Positions 36,488 to 49,710 of a stretch of 64,000 bases of DNA are shown in pieces. The stretch is from contig NC_068981.1 of NCBI RefSeq assembly GCF_001194135.2, positions 194,447,784-194,511,783 on the forward strand, in the 5' to 3' direction. This DNA comes from Octopus bimaculoides. Its lineage: Eukaryota. Under the pieces are notes generated by a model. The model did not search any database, was not told where the DNA came from, and worked only from the letters and a program-made list of their open reading frames with translations. A program made the translations under genes and the position numbers. Each line of letters opens with the position of its first letter. Positions within the stretch are counted from its first letter, which is position 1.

Positions 36488-39014
36488 CTTTGCACAGCTT
36501 CTAATGCTGGAGATGTATNNNNNNNNNNNNNNNNNNNNNNNNNNNNNNNNNNNNNNNNNNNNNNNNNNNNNNNNNNNNNNNNNNNNNNNNNNNNNNNNNN
36601 NNNNNNNNNNNNNNNNNNNNNNNNNNNNNNNNNNNNNNNNNNNNNNNNNNNNNNNNNNNNNNNNNNNNNNNNNNNNNNNNNNNNNNNNNNNNNNNNNNNN
36701 NNNNNNNNNNNNNNNNNNNNNNNNNNNNNNNNNNNNNNNNNNNNNNNNNNNNNNNNNNNNNNNNNNNNNNNNNNNNNNNNNNNNNNNNNNNNNNNNNNNN
36801 NNNNNNNNNNNNNNNNNNNNNNNNNNNNNNNNNNNNNNNNNNNNNNNNNNNNNNNNNNNNNNNNNNNNNNNNNNNNNNNNNNNNNNNNNNNNNNNNNNNN
36901 NNNNNNNNNNNNNNNNNNNNNNNNNNNNNNNNNNNNNNNNNNNNNNNNNNNNNNNNNNNNNNNNNNNNNNNNNNNNNNNNNNNNNNNNNNNNNNNNNNNN
37001 NNNNNNNNNNNNNNNNNNNNNNNNNNNNNNNNNNNNNNNNNNNNNNNNNNNNNNNNNNNNNNNNNNNNNNNNNNNNNNNNNNNNNNNNNNNNNNNNNNNN
37101 NNNNNNNNNNNNNNNNNNNNNNNNNNNNNNNNNNNNNNNNNNNNNNNNNNNNNNNNNNNNNNNNNNNNNNNNNNNNNNNNNNNNNNNNNNNNNNNNNNNN
37201 NNNNNNNNNNNNNNNNNNNNNNNNNNNNNNNNNNNNNNNNNNNNNNNNNNNNNNNNNNNNNNNNNNNNNNNNNNNNNNNNNNNNNNNNNNNNNNNNNNNN
37301 NNNNNNNNNNNNNNNNNNCTCTCTCCTTGTTCCCCTTCTCTCTCTGTCTTTCTCTCTGTCTCTCTGAACTCCAGCTCCCTCTCCTCACCTTTATCTTCCT
37401 CCTCCTCCTCCTCCTCCTCCTCTCTTTCTTCCTCTTCTCTGTCATCCCCCCCCACCATCCATCCCCCTCTTTCTTCGCACGCCACATCTGAAGTAATAGG
37501 TTAGTTCTCTCCTGTTGAAGACACTGAATTCTTGTGACAGAAACCTGGCAGAGTCCCACTGAAGTAAGCAACTCACAGACAGACAACTCTTATTGTTTGA
37601 GAGTGTGGCTCCCCCACCCCACCCCACACACTGTGTGTGTGTGTGGAGGGGTGCGGATGCTGCGGAATTGATAATAATTGCCCCTTCCTCCTCCACCGCC
37701 AACCAACCGGTTTATTCTTTAACTATTGGATGGCTTCTCTCAAGCGAACAATTGATCGTAAACCACTGAAATAGTTTCTGTTTCTTTTTTCTGCTTCCTA
37801 TCAGATGTTTGCTGTGTCTTTGTTCATTTGAATCTTCTTCATGCTGCTGCTGCTGTTGTCGTGGTTGTCGTGGTTGTTGTTGTTGCTGTTGTTCTGCCAT
37901 TTGATTAACTGAAATTGGTTATTCCTAAAACAGGCAATCAGACAATAAAGAGCGGGAGGGGTTGGGGTGGAGGACCAACAAAATATCATAGCCATCACCA
38001 TCATCATCAACATCAACATCATTATCATTATCATCAGTCTTCATTGTCATCACCGTCATTATTGTCATCATTGTCATCACCATTGTCAGTGTCGTCATTG
38101 TCATCACTGTCATCAGTGTCCTCTCCATCATCATTGCCATCACCAACACCATCCTCATCCTCATCACCATCATTATTATCATTGTCATCATGATCAATCC
38201 ATGCAATGTGTTTATTTCTATTCAAAGCTCCTGTATGTATGTATGTATGTATGTATGTATGTATGTGTGTGTATGTACGTACGTACGTACGTATGTATGT
38301 ATGTATGTATGTATGTACGTACGTATGTACGTATGTATGTATGTATGTATGTGAGTGTGTGTATGTATGTATTTGTGTGTATGTGTGTCTGTAGAGTTGA
38401 CACATTCCATCCAGTTCATCTTTTGTGTGTTGGTGTCTTTTATTTATAGAACCAGCTTCTTGTTTCCTCTTTGAGTAGTTTTGCGGAGGTGGTACTTGTC
38501 TGTTTACTTAACATTTAAATCCGTTGTTCTGCCTACTCAGTCCAGGTGAATTTCATGCTTTGTCAACAAGCACAAATTCCATTATCCTCGCACACTTGTT
38601 CAATTTGGAACTGGTTTTAGAATTTTGCTGTAAATTTTTTTTTTTTTCTGCCTTCTCATTCTTGTGACATAAATAGATGAATCCATATAAGACTGGATGA
38701 ATCTTACTTTGGTTTTCACAGTGAATATTCTAATTGTCCAATCAATAGAATTACCTGTAGATTGAATTGTAATTGAATGTAAGCAGCTGAGTATTTTAAG
38801 GACATTTGCACTCTTTACCCTTTTACTACCAACCCACCTGAGATGGATTCTGGTCCTATTGTACTCATTTCCTGTTTCAACCCTTTTGATACCAACCTGG
38901 CTAAAACCACCTCTGGCTCTGTAGTACAAATGTCTTGTTTTCAAAAGTTCTTCCACCAAACCTTAGTCACAATTTATGTTCCTAACACTAGCTTAATGAT
39001 AACTCAGTTATCAT

Positions 39015-39245
39015 GGTCAGTGTCAGTGCCACCTGACTGGCCTTCGTGCCGGTGGCACGTAAAAGCACCCACTACACTCTCGGAGTGGTCGGCGTTAGGA
39101 AGGGCAGCCAGCTGTAGAAACTCTGCCAAATCAGATTGGAGCCTGGTGTAGCCATCTGGTTTCACCAGTCCTCAGTCAAACCGTCCAACCCATGCTAGCA
39201 TGGAAAGTGGACGTTAAACGATGATGATGATGATGATGATGATGG
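39015..39245 (+). mobile_element. RTE 3' end (family C)
   Basis: ggcgttaggaagggcagccagctgtag..gttaaacgatgatg. Confidence 0.9.
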
Positions 39246-39389
39246 AACTTACTATATCCAAGTTTCTCTTCAAAATAATATTGTCCGAATCCTTTTACTT
39301 TTCCCTCCTATTTCTTTGACAGAAAGTTTTCTTTATAATAAATTCTTTGAACCTCTTGATAAAGAAATTTTAAGATCTTTGTAATGAGC

Positions 39390-39758
39390 ATCTTTTACTT
39401 GTTTCAATCATCAGACTGCAGCCATGCTGGGGCACCACATTCAAGAATTTTGGTCGAATGTTTCAACCTCAGTGTTTATTATTTTTTGGTAAAGTCTGGT
39501 AGTTATTCTGTCAGTCTCTCTTGCTGAAAGAACTGCTAAGTTATGGGGAAACACCAACGCTGGTTGTCAAGTGGTGATGGGAGACAAACACACACACACA
39601 CACGTCAGGCTTCTTTCAATTTCCATCAACCAAATCCACTCACAAGGCCTTGGTCAGCCCAAGGCTATATAGTAGAAAATACTTGCCCAAGGTGCCATGC
39701 AGTGGGACTGAACCTGCAACCATGGCGTTGGAAAGTAAACTTCTTACTACACAGCTAT
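39390..39758 (-). mobile_element. SINE family A, full length, degraded
   Basis: Tail, (CA)n and head present. Confidence 0.8.
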
Positions 39759-39902
39759 AGACTTTAATTTAAAATTCAGACTGCTATTCCTGCCAAGATT
39801 CATCTAGAAATGATTCCCTCCCTTGCAATAACTAGCCACTAGGTGACACCACATATTTAATGAATCATTGTTCTCTACACAATTAGAATCGCTTTGGTTC
39901 CT

Positions 39903-40100
39903 TCAAATAAAATCATTCAAACTAATATTGAACCACTCTGCCGTTTCATTTCTAGTCACTTCATTATTCTCAAATATATTTCTGTATTCTCTTGCAGAAA
40001 AAGTCCAGGATTTTGGACGTTTTCTTATGGCTTGTGCTGAAAGAAGCTCGAGGTAAAGAGGACTACTCAGAACCAGGGTAAGGAAGATTTTGTATTCCAT
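39903..40100 (-). CDS. Candidate 65-aa ORF with signal-peptide-like N-terminus (unverified)
   Basis: aaaATGG start; MEYKIFLTLVLSSPLYLELLSA then QAIRKR; lies in unique sequence; no homology recognised. Confidence 0.25.
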   Translation of the reverse strand: MEYKIFLTLVLSSPLYLELLSAQAIRKRPKSWTFSAREYRNIFENNEVTRNETAEWFNISLNDFI

Positions 40101-40319
40101 TTTCTCTCTTTCAGTTGTTCCTTCATTGGTTCCTGTTGTTGTGATGTGATTGATTTGTATTGAACTATAGCAGTATTCTAGTCGCAACCAGTCTGTCTCG
40201 ATTGCTTGGAATTCTCTTCTCAGATTTAGGACTTTCTGTTGAAGAATCTTTCACACCAACTCCAGTCCAAGTTCTTCTTGTTTTAGAAACAATCCCCTAT
40301 ATTCTTTTTTTTTTTGTTT

Positions 40320-40762
40320 TTTCTACTCTAGGCAAAAGGCCTGAAATGTTTGGAGAGGCGGGGCACAGTCGATTAGATCGACCCTAGTACGCAACTGGTA
40401 CTTAATTTATTGATCCCGAAAGAATGAAAGGCAAAGTTGACCTCGGTTGAATTTGAACTCAGAATGTCAAAACAGATGAAATACCGCTAAGCATTTCGTC
40501 CAGCTTGCTAACGATTCTACCAGCGCACCGCCTTATAATTAATTATTCTTTTCTACTCTAGTCACAAGGCCTGAAATTTTTAGGGAGGGAGCCAGTCGAT
40601 TAAATCGATCCCAGTACACAACTGCTACTTAATTTATTGACCCTGAAAGGATGAAAGGCAAAGTTGCCCTTGGCGGAATTTGAACTCGGAACATAAAAAC
40701 AGATGAAATACTGCTAAGCATTCCACCTGGCATGCTAACATTTCTGCCAGCTCGCTGCCTTT
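40320..40762 (-). mobile_element. Two head-to-tail SINE family B copies
   Basis: Copies at about 40320-40535 and 40548-40762. Confidence 0.9.
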
Positions 40763-41749
40763 ATCCTTCTCTATATTAACAGAAAGACTATCGTCAGCGC
40801 AGCTTTCTGCTTGTCACTCAGTAATATTTACACATTTAATTCCCAATTCATGAATTTTCCTGGTACTGGAATCAACATCATTTGGCTGGCACTGGATTAA
40901 ATTTATAATTTGGAGGAAAGTTTTTTTATTGATATATCTGTAGAAAGGAGCAGTGCAAATATTTAGGTAACCTTCCGGAAGAAGTATAAGCAGAGATGTC
41001 AAAAAATGCAAGAGAGTCTGCATGCCCTGCACATCTTGAAGAGAGAGAATGTCATTATCAAAGTCCTGCTATTCACAACCTCATCAAACAACCAACCAAC
41101 TGGTTGTTTAACCAAGACATTAAACAAATGATTGATTAGTTAATTGGTTAGATATTTATCTGATTGATTGACAATAAAGAAGCAATATTGAACCAGTGTG
41201 TGTGTTTGTTATTATTGGTATAATGACCCTCCCAAGATTTATTAAAAAAAAAAGTACTGAAAGTCTGATAATAAAAAATGATGTGTTCGTTAGATAATAT
41301 AATACCTGCGGTTTCTAAATGAGAAGATATGAGAATTCAAAAGAGGTGTTAATGACATTAAATGAATCGAGTCTTATTGGAAGCTGGTCATAATTTTGGT
41401 TTATCAAGAAGATAACAACTCCTGCTGGTGATGCCGGCCAGGAACACACCTGTATAAGGTGATGAGTAAATCTTTGTTGAACTGAAAGCAGCAGACTTAG
41501 TCTGATAAATCCTGCGATTTGAATGTGATTCAGCTGGCATTGAAAGTATTTATCTTCATGATTCAGAGCTTAGAAACTGTAATAAACATCTCTCATAACA
41601 AGTTAATAATAAGTCAGTATGTATTACTGTCTCTGCTTTCGTGTCTAGGATACAACTAGTACGATCAATTACTTTGTTGTTTTTAATATCTAATTTTACA
41701 AATACAAAGAGATTTATCTTATATGCATGCATATATATATACATATATA

Positions 41750-42090
41750 TATCATCATCATCATCATCATCGTTTAACGTCCGCTTTCCATGCTAGCATG
41801 GGTTGGACGATTTGACTGAGGACTGGTGCAACCGGATGGCTACACCAGGCTCCAATCTAATTTGGCAGAGTTTCTACAGCTGGATGCCTCTTCCTAACAC
41901 CAACCACTCCATGAGTGTAGTGGGTGCTTTTTACATGCCACAGGCACAGGGGCCAGAGGGGGCTGGCATTCACCACGATCAGATGGTGTTTTTTACGTGC
42001 CACCGGCATGGGAGCTAGTCAAGGCAGTGCTGGCATCGGCCATGTTCGGATGGTGCTTTTTACGTGTCACTGGCACAGGTGCCAGTCGGG
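41750..42090 (-). mobile_element. RTE 3' end (family C)
   Basis: (ATC)n then gtttaacgtccgctttccatgctagc. Confidence 0.9.
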
Positions 42091-42295
42091 GCAAGGGGCT
42101 GGCATCTAATGGACACAGTGATAGTTGTGTGGTAAAAAGTTTGGTTTCTTACCACATGGCTCTGGGTTCAGTACCACTGTGTGGCACCTTGAGCAAGTAT
42201 TTTCTGCTATAGCATCAGACTGACCAAAGCCTTGTGGGTGGATTTGGTGGAGGGAAATCAAAAGAAACTCCTTCTATATATGTGTGTGTGTGTAT

Positions 42296-42680
42296 TGTGG
42301 AACTCCATTGGTTACAACGACGAGGGTTCCAGTTGCTCCGATCAATGGATCAGCCTGCTTGTGAAATTAATGTGCAAGTGGCTGAGAACTCCACAGACAC
42401 GTGTACCCTTAACATAGTTCTCGGGGGAGATTCAGCATGACACAGTGTGAGACAAGGCTGACCCCTTTGAAATACAAGCACAACAAAACAGGAAGAAAGA
42501 GTAAGAGAAATCTGTGGTGAAAGAGTACAGCAGGGTTCACCACCACCCCATGCCGGAGCCTCATGGAGCTTTAGATGTTTTCGTTCAATAAACACTGACA
42601 ACGCCCGGTCTGGGAATCGAAACCGTGGTCCTACAACCATGTGTCTGCTGCCCTAACCACTGGGCCATTGCGCCTCCACT
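42296..42680 (-). mobile_element. tRNA-derived SINE family E, full length
   Basis: Head reverse complement ggaggcgcaatggcccagtggttagggcag..ggtttcgattccc. Confidence 0.9.
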
Positions 42681-42694
42681 TGTGTGTGTGTATA

Positions 42695-42996
42695 TTGAGT
42701 TGTCCGGAAAGTTTGTGCTGATTTTTAAAGGAAAGAAAAAGGTCAATAAATACTTGCCATTACATTTTTAATCAACCAAATATGAACCATTTTGTTGCAC
42801 AATGCGTCTCNNNNNNNNNNTAAATACTTGCCATTACATTTTTAATCAACCAAATATGAACCATTTTGTTGCACAATGCGTCTCCATCATTCCTTTAACT
42901 TGAAAATACCCTCTTCCCAGAATTGAGGTGGTATCATGGCAAATAAGTCAAAAGGTAAGCTACTATAAATCAGCACAAACTTTCCGGACAACCTAA
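42695..42996 (-). mobile_element. Mariner MITE spanning a 10-N gap
   Basis: TIRs ttgagttgtccggaaagtttgtgctgattt / aaatcagcacaaactttccggacaacctaa, TA flanks; minus strand EEGIFKLKE*WRRIVQQNGSYL. Confidence 0.9.
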
Positions 42997-43200
42997 TATA
43001 TATTAATGTTTGAGTTTGTTATAATTGAAACAATTCTTCGTTAAACTGAAGAATTGCTAAATCTTTTGGATAGCCTACAAATTTATTATTCTTTAACAAG
43101 GATAGTATTGATAGTCCTGATGATGGTGGCTTAGTTGACTACAAGAAGGCGTCCTACTGTAGAAAATCTTCCTCAACAAATTCCATTCAACCCATGCAAG

Positions 43201-43479
43201 CAGGGTTGTTGGGTCAAAACAAAAATCTTTGACTCCGACTCCTCTACTATTGACATCTCTGACTCGACTCTCTTTATGTAATAAAGTGTGATTGTGGTCT
43301 ACATATCTCGTAAAGCATATACATACGCTTGTACTTTGAAGAGGCCTATATGTTATGACTAGTGAATAAAGATATTGTGAGTCAGAGTCACTCGGTATAG
43401 TTTTACTGACTCTGACTGACTCCAGCTACCCCTTAATTGTTTCCGACACTCCGACTCCATGACTGACTCCACAACCCTG
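43201..43479. mobile_element. hAT MITE with GACTC subterminal repeats, inside an RTE-tail repeat
   Basis: TIRs cagggttgt / acaaccctg; TSD catgcaag / tatgcaag. Confidence 0.85.
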
Positions 43480-43998
43480 TATGCAAGCGTGGGAAAGTAG
43501 AACAATGAAGTTGATGATAGGTCCCCTCTGTAGCAATACCCCTGTGCTTGTTTCTTTATTACAGTTTGGGCCTCTCAGCATCTGGCACAAAACCACGTGC
43601 CTCTCTGCTGCAACGCCACTCACTTAGCAGCTTTTTTTCTTCCTTGCTAATTACTTGGCAACCCCTCTAGTGCTGGTGTCATGCAAAAACAGGATTGGTA
43701 TAAGGCAGGGTATCCAGCCACAGAAATTATGCCAAAGCAGATATTGGTGTTTCATACAGTCCTTGCTGGATCCTGCCAAACCATCCAACCCATGCCAGCA
43801 AGGAAAGTGAACTTTAAATGATGATGATGATGATGATTAAATTATCGATTTGGTCTTAAGGCTTAAATACTTTTATTTTTTTTTCCATATCATATTTTAA
43901 AGACTCTGTCAGTGGACAGTTTCAAATTTGAATGGAATTGGAAATTTTGTCTGTTGTCAAAACCAGTACTTGGCAAATAAAAGAAATTATCATTATTA

Positions 43999-44044
<46 letters not shown>

Positions 44045-44466
44045 TGTTATTATTATTATTATCGTTACTAATATCACCACCATGATTACTATTATTACTG
44101 TTCATTACTTCTCCTGGTTATTATTGTTGAAGTGTTGTTAAAAGCCGTAGCAGATTTCATGGTGCTGAACAGGCAATCTAAAACCATTCACTGCTGCCAA
44201 CTTTGCAATGATTGAAGTTAATGCCGATATTATTTTCTCCTGTAGTGTCGGTATCCGACAGATTAAAAAAAAGGTAGAATTTCTACCAAGCTCAATCTAT
44301 AGAAAGAATAGAAAATGCGACAAACCCAATAATCCTGTGCTGTTTGGCTTTGTTCATCAGATGTTAACATCGTTACACATTTCAAATGACCGCAACTAAT
44401 GAATTTACAGACTTCCTTTTCCAGCTGCAGTTGTACATACATATCATGTATATATATATTGTGTGT

Positions 44467-44518
<52 letters not shown>

Positions 44519-44905
44519 TGTGTTTATTGTAGATATATATTGTGTAATAGGTTCAGCAAACATGACACATTTACTTCACATGTTTAGTTGTTCTCACTAC
44601 AATTATGGTTTCTTGTTATAACGAAGGCACGTGACCTGGTGGTTGCGGTGCTGCATCATTCACAATTGCAGGGTCGTGGTTTCGATTCTCAGGCTGGGTG
44701 GTGTGCATGTTTTTTGAGCAAAAGACTTGGACATCTGACATGTGGCACACCGTGCATTTTACTGGCAATGTGAATTTGATGGAGGGAGTGAGGTTTATCT
44801 ACAACACAAACATTCGACAGCTAGAAACAAATCGTTTGTGCAGGTTTTTCAATGAGAGATTGCAAAACCTTCATCTAGCGTTTACAACCGGAGAATCCAC
44901 ATATT

Positions 44906-44936
<31 letters not shown>

Positions 44937-44954
44937 TTCGACATCATAATATTC

Positions 44955-45214
44955 TTTTACTGGTTGCAGTCATTTGACTGCAGCCATGCTGGAGCACCGC
45001 CTTTAGTCAAACAAATTAACCCCAGGACTTACTCTTTGTAAGCCTAGTACTTATTCTATCAGTCTCTTTTGCTGAACCGCTAAGTTACGTAGATGTAAAC
45101 ACACCAACATCGGTTGTCAAGCAATGATAGAGGGACAAACATAGACACACACACAAGCGTATACATACATACATACATACATACATACATACATACACAC
45201 ATACATACACACGC

Positions 45215-45266
<52 letters not shown>

Positions 45267-45428
45267 CAAGCTTCTTTCAGTTTCTATCTACCAAATCCAC
45301 TCACAAGGCTTTGGTTGGCCCGAGGCTATAGTAGAAGACACTTGCCCAAGTTACCATGCAGTGGGACTGAACCCGGAGCCATGTGGTTTGAAAAGCAAGC
45401 TTCTTACCACACAGCCACTCCTGCACCT
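44955..45428 (-). mobile_element. SINE family A, full length
   Basis: Complete, with expanded central (CATA)n/(TA)n. Confidence 0.9.
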
Positions 45429-45791
45429 ATATCATTATCATCACCATCACCATCATTTTATGCCTGCCTTCTCTGCTGGAATTGGACAGCTCAACAGAAT
45501 CTGAAGATTTGGATGAGCTCATCTTTTTTCAGTGTTTCAGTTCTGCTATGATTTCTATGGCTGGAGACCCTTTTTAGCCACAACCTCTTCACAGAATACT
45601 AGGTAAAGCCACAGCACTATAAAGATTGTCCTTACATTATATATATATATATATATATTGTCCAACCCATGCCAGCATGGAAAACGGACGTTAATGATGA
45701 TGGTTATGATATATGCATATATACATCTTTGAATCTTTCAAAATGTTTCAGCTTCAAAGATGCAGTCATGCTGGGGCACCACCGTTAATAA

Positions 45792-45832
<41 letters not shown>

Positions 45833-45834
45833 AT

Positions 45835-46060
45835 GGGACAAGAACGCAAAACATCCAGACAGTTAGGTGATACAAGAAAGGGACAACAAAACATCCAGAT
45901 AGACAATACAAAGAAAACATGGACAGGTCATTCAGAGTTTTCTTTCCTCAGTCGAGATTATCCTTGCAATTTCGGCTGGTTATTCTCGATATTGCTCCAA
46001 TCTGGCCAGCCCCAAGGAAAAACTAAGCTAAGAGCATTAGATTCCTTAGAAGAAAGCAGC
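45835..46060 (-). repeat. Dispersed repeat family I, copy 2
   Basis: Shared blocks at 46023-46040 and 45939-45953 match 13576-13593 and 13667-13681. Confidence 0.65.
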
Positions 46061-46119
46061 GAATGTATACAAAAACAAGGACAGAAAAAAAAAAACGAAC
46101 AATGTTACAAAGATACAGT

Positions 46120-46425
46120 ATAAAGCTAAAATAACCTAAGAAAGATTTTAGGGATGCTGTTAAAAGCAAACCTTAAGGCTCTTAGTGTGCATGTTGAACA
46201 CTGGGAGCAGATGATAGGAAATTGATCGGTTTGGGAAAAAGCGATCAACTGTGGTTGCAAAGCATTTAAAACACAGAGAATCAAACAATCCATCTTGAAA
46301 CAAGCACTTTATAAATCCCAGACATTTTTCTGCCAACAAAATGTTTGTAACATTTGCAGTTAGGGTCTGTTTGTCGAAAGCCAGACTTGCTAGTCGCAGG
46401 AGACATAATGACGGCATTTACTAAT
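46120..46425 (+). mobile_element. RTE-BovB-like ORF2 C-terminus, degraded
   Basis: Frameshifted FRDAVKANLKALSVHVEHWEQ..RSVWEKAINCGCKAF..CNICS..CLSKARLAS. Confidence 0.7.
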
Positions 46426-46489
46426 TGTAGAGATGGACTTCTGTAAAAGAAGTGACAATCACCATGTGTGTGTATGTATGTAGTGCTTA

Positions 46490-46700
46490 GTGGTCTTGTT
46501 GTTAAAGTGCTGAGTCCATTATAATAAGGTTGCAGGTTTAATTCCTTTACGCAGTGTCACATTGTGTCCTTGAGCAAGTCACTTCATTTCATGTTACTCC
46601 AGTTTGCTCAGATGAAAATGAATGCAAACCAAATGCAATCCTGTGTCTCTGTCAGCTGTCCCAGCCATAATGTTTCACTGAGTCAAAAGTGAGCGGCCCC
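46490..46700 (+). mobile_element. CORE-like tRNA SINE (family G), degraded
   Basis: tgtgtccttgagcaagtcacttcatttc..gatgaaaatg. Confidence 0.6.
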
Positions 46701-47417
46701 GAGAGCATGTTTGTGTTTGCTGGAAATCACATCACATAAAACAATTAGCAAAAGTAGGATACATGTTACTAGGTCGTACTTGCTATTATTTTGTTTTTAA
46801 TTTTGTTTTTAATTTTGTTTTTTTGCATGACTCATACATGTTGTTTGTTTGTCAGAATTACTGACCTGACCTGACCTCTTACTTTATTAGACACTTTCAG
46901 CTGTATGACCTCTCTATTAAGTCCCCTCTTATTGTCTTTTCTGTGCTTAACATAACATCCTTTGATTACATGAGCAGAGTGGACATTCAGGTATTTAGAA
47001 CATGTACGNNNNNNNNNNNNNNNNNNNNNNNNNNNNNNNNNNNNNNNNNNNNNNNNNNNNNNNNNNNNNNNNNNNNNNNNNNNNNNNNNNNNNNNNNNNN
47101 NNNNNNNNNNNNNNNNNNNNNNNNNNNNNNNNNNNNNNNNNNNNNNNNNNNNNNNNNNNNNNNNNNNNNNNNNNNNNNNNNNNNNNNNNNNNNNNNNNNN
47201 NNNNNNNNNNNNNNNNNNNNNNNNNNNNNNNNNNNNNNNNNNNNNNNNNNNNNNNNNNNNNNNNNNNNNNNNNNNNNNNNNNNNNNNNNNNNNNNNNNNN
47301 NNNNNNNNNNNNNNNNNNNNNNNNNNNNNNNNNNNNNNNNNNNNNNNNNNNNNNNNNNNNNNNNNNNNNNNNNNNNNNNNNNNNNNNNNNNNNNNNNNNN
47401 NNNNNNNNNNNNNNNNN

Positions 47418-47711
47418 CCCGTGCTCTTAACCACTACCCCACAGGCATATGACTTAGTGGTTAAGAGCGTGGGCTACTAAGCCCAAGATTCCGAGTTAGA
47501 CTCCAGGCAGTGACCTGAATAATAATAATAAAAACAACATTGAAAAATACCTTAGGAATGAGAACACAGGTTTAAAATTTCCCCAAGACACCTGATGAAG
47601 GCTGGAGGGTATATCAGCCAAAACGTTGTGTTAACAACAAACAAGATGAGGACAAATATCTGTCAAATGTAAATAATGTACATAATTCTTCATCTCTTAA
47701 ATATAGAACTG
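47418..47711 (+). mobile_element. SINE family D copy 4 preceded by an inverted head
   Basis: Element 47444-47711; 47418-47437 is the reverse complement of the head; hammerhead region 47587-47632 with G12 changed to A. Confidence 0.9.
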
Positions 47712-48867
47712 TATTATGGAATCTCTGTGTTGCACTTAGTCACTGCAGCTGAGCTGACTACCTCCAGCAATGCCAAACTGTTCTGGAGCCATATTGTAAC
47801 AACAACATGGCCTATCTGCAATGCCAGATTTGTCCTGTGGCCCTGAGGTATTTGAGGTCACCTTCCTACTATGTGTTTACAAAGCTCAACTGATATCATT
47901 CAGTAGCCAATCAGGTATTGATTACGAATAATCCTTATCTCTGTACAGATGCTGTAAATCTGTAGTTGATAGGATTCATTGTGTGAGCTTGATCATGTGA
48001 ATTCTATGATAATAGGGGATCTCTGATATGTGGGTCTCATGATGACGTGGGCAGTGTGTTGATACAGTTTTCATGACCATAATAATAAGGGTTCTTTAAA
48101 ATTGTAAATCCTATGATGATATGGGCATTTCATGGTGTAAGTCCCTTTATCATGGGGGCACTATGATGATATACATTTCATGATGATGATGGGATCTATG
48201 AGAACAGAACCCCTGGTAATGTGGGACCTGTGACGATGCATGCCCTATCATGATGTGGACCCCATGATGGTGTGCATTTCTATAATGATGTGGGGGGGGG
48301 GTGCACTGTGATGGTATATAGGTCCGCCGTGATATGAGTTCTGTGATAATTTCACTCTGAATATATGGGAGCCATAATGCTATGCAGACAGTGAATAGTT
48401 TTCACTTAGTCTTCGTCGTCGTCGTCCCCCTCCTCCTCCTCATCATATGTCCATTTTCCATGATAGCAAGGGTTGGATGTTTTGACTGGAGCTAGCAAGC
48501 CACAGAGCTACACAAGGCTCCATTTATCTGTTTAAGTATGGTTTCTACAGCTGGATGCCCTTGTTAGCACCAGCCATTTCACAGAGTGTACTGGGTAGTT
48601 TTTATGTGGTGCCAGCACGGGTGCTTTTCACGTGGCACCAACACAGGAGGATTTTTATATGGTCTCCAGCACCTGCAAGCTCACAAAGCAAATTCATGTC
48701 AACTGAGAGAGGAAGAATGGAAAACAAAACCTTATTATATGCGGGGGACATTGTTATATTTTATCTATGGGTCCACCTTAGGTTTTGGATATTTCTGAAA
48801 GTAAAGCCTTCCTAATATCTTACACAGAGACATTACCTCTACACAGCTGTGACAATCATACAATTTA

Positions 48868-49710
48868 TCTTTTCTACTCTAGGCACAAGGCCCGAAATTT
48901 TTTGGGGAAGGAGCTAGTCGATTAGATCGACCTCAGTATGCAACTGGTACTTAATTTATCGACCCTGAAAGGATGAAAGGCAAAGTCGACCTTGGCGGAA
49001 TTTGAACTCAGAACATAAAGACAGATGAAATACTGCTAAGCATTTTGCCCGGTGTGCTAACATTTCTTATTTCTTTATTGCCCACAAGGGGCTAAACATG
49101 GAGGGGACAAACAAGGACAGTCAAACAGATTAAGTTGATTATATTGACCCCAGTGCATAACTGGTACTTATTTAATCGACCCTGAAAGGATGAAAGGCAA
49201 AGTCAACCTCGGCAGAATTTGAACTTAGAACGCAGCAGCAGATGAAATACCGTTAAGCGTTTCGCTCGGCGTGCTAACGTTTCTGCCAGCTCACCACTTT
49301 AAAAATTCTTTTCTAATCTAGGCACAAGGCCCCCAATTTTTTTCTGGGGGCGGGGGCAGTCGATTAGATCGACTTCAGTATGCAATTGGTACTTAATTTA
49401 TTGATCCCGAAAGGGTGAAAGGCAAAGTCGACCTCGACAGAATTTGAACTCAGAATGTAAAGACAGATTAAATACCTATTTCTTTACTGCCCACAAGGGG
49501 GTACACACAGAGGGGACAAACAAGGACAGACAAACGGATTAAGTCGATTATATCGACCCCAGTGCATAACTGGTACTTAATTTATCGACCCCGAAAGGAT
49601 GAAAGGCAAAGTTGACCTCGGCGGAATTTGAACTCAGAACGCAGTGACAGATTAAATACCGCTAAGCATTTCGCCCGGCGTGCTAACAGTTTTGCCAGCT
49701 CGCTGCCTAA
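48868..49710 (-). mobile_element. SINE family B cluster: two B2+B1 units
   Basis: Alternating B2 (tail gtgggcaataaagaaata) and head-truncated B1 copies. Confidence 0.85.

Noticed and set aside
39998-40052. Plus-strand mini-exon (cttgcag acceptor, ag/gtaaag donor; KVQDFGRFLMACAERSS)
   Set aside because: No partner exons or recognisable homology; the pyrimidine tracts may simply mirror the purine-rich opposite strand.
42747-42884. 64-bp direct duplication across a 10-N gap
   Set aside because: Identical copies abutting the gap inside one MITE indicate unmerged contig overlap.
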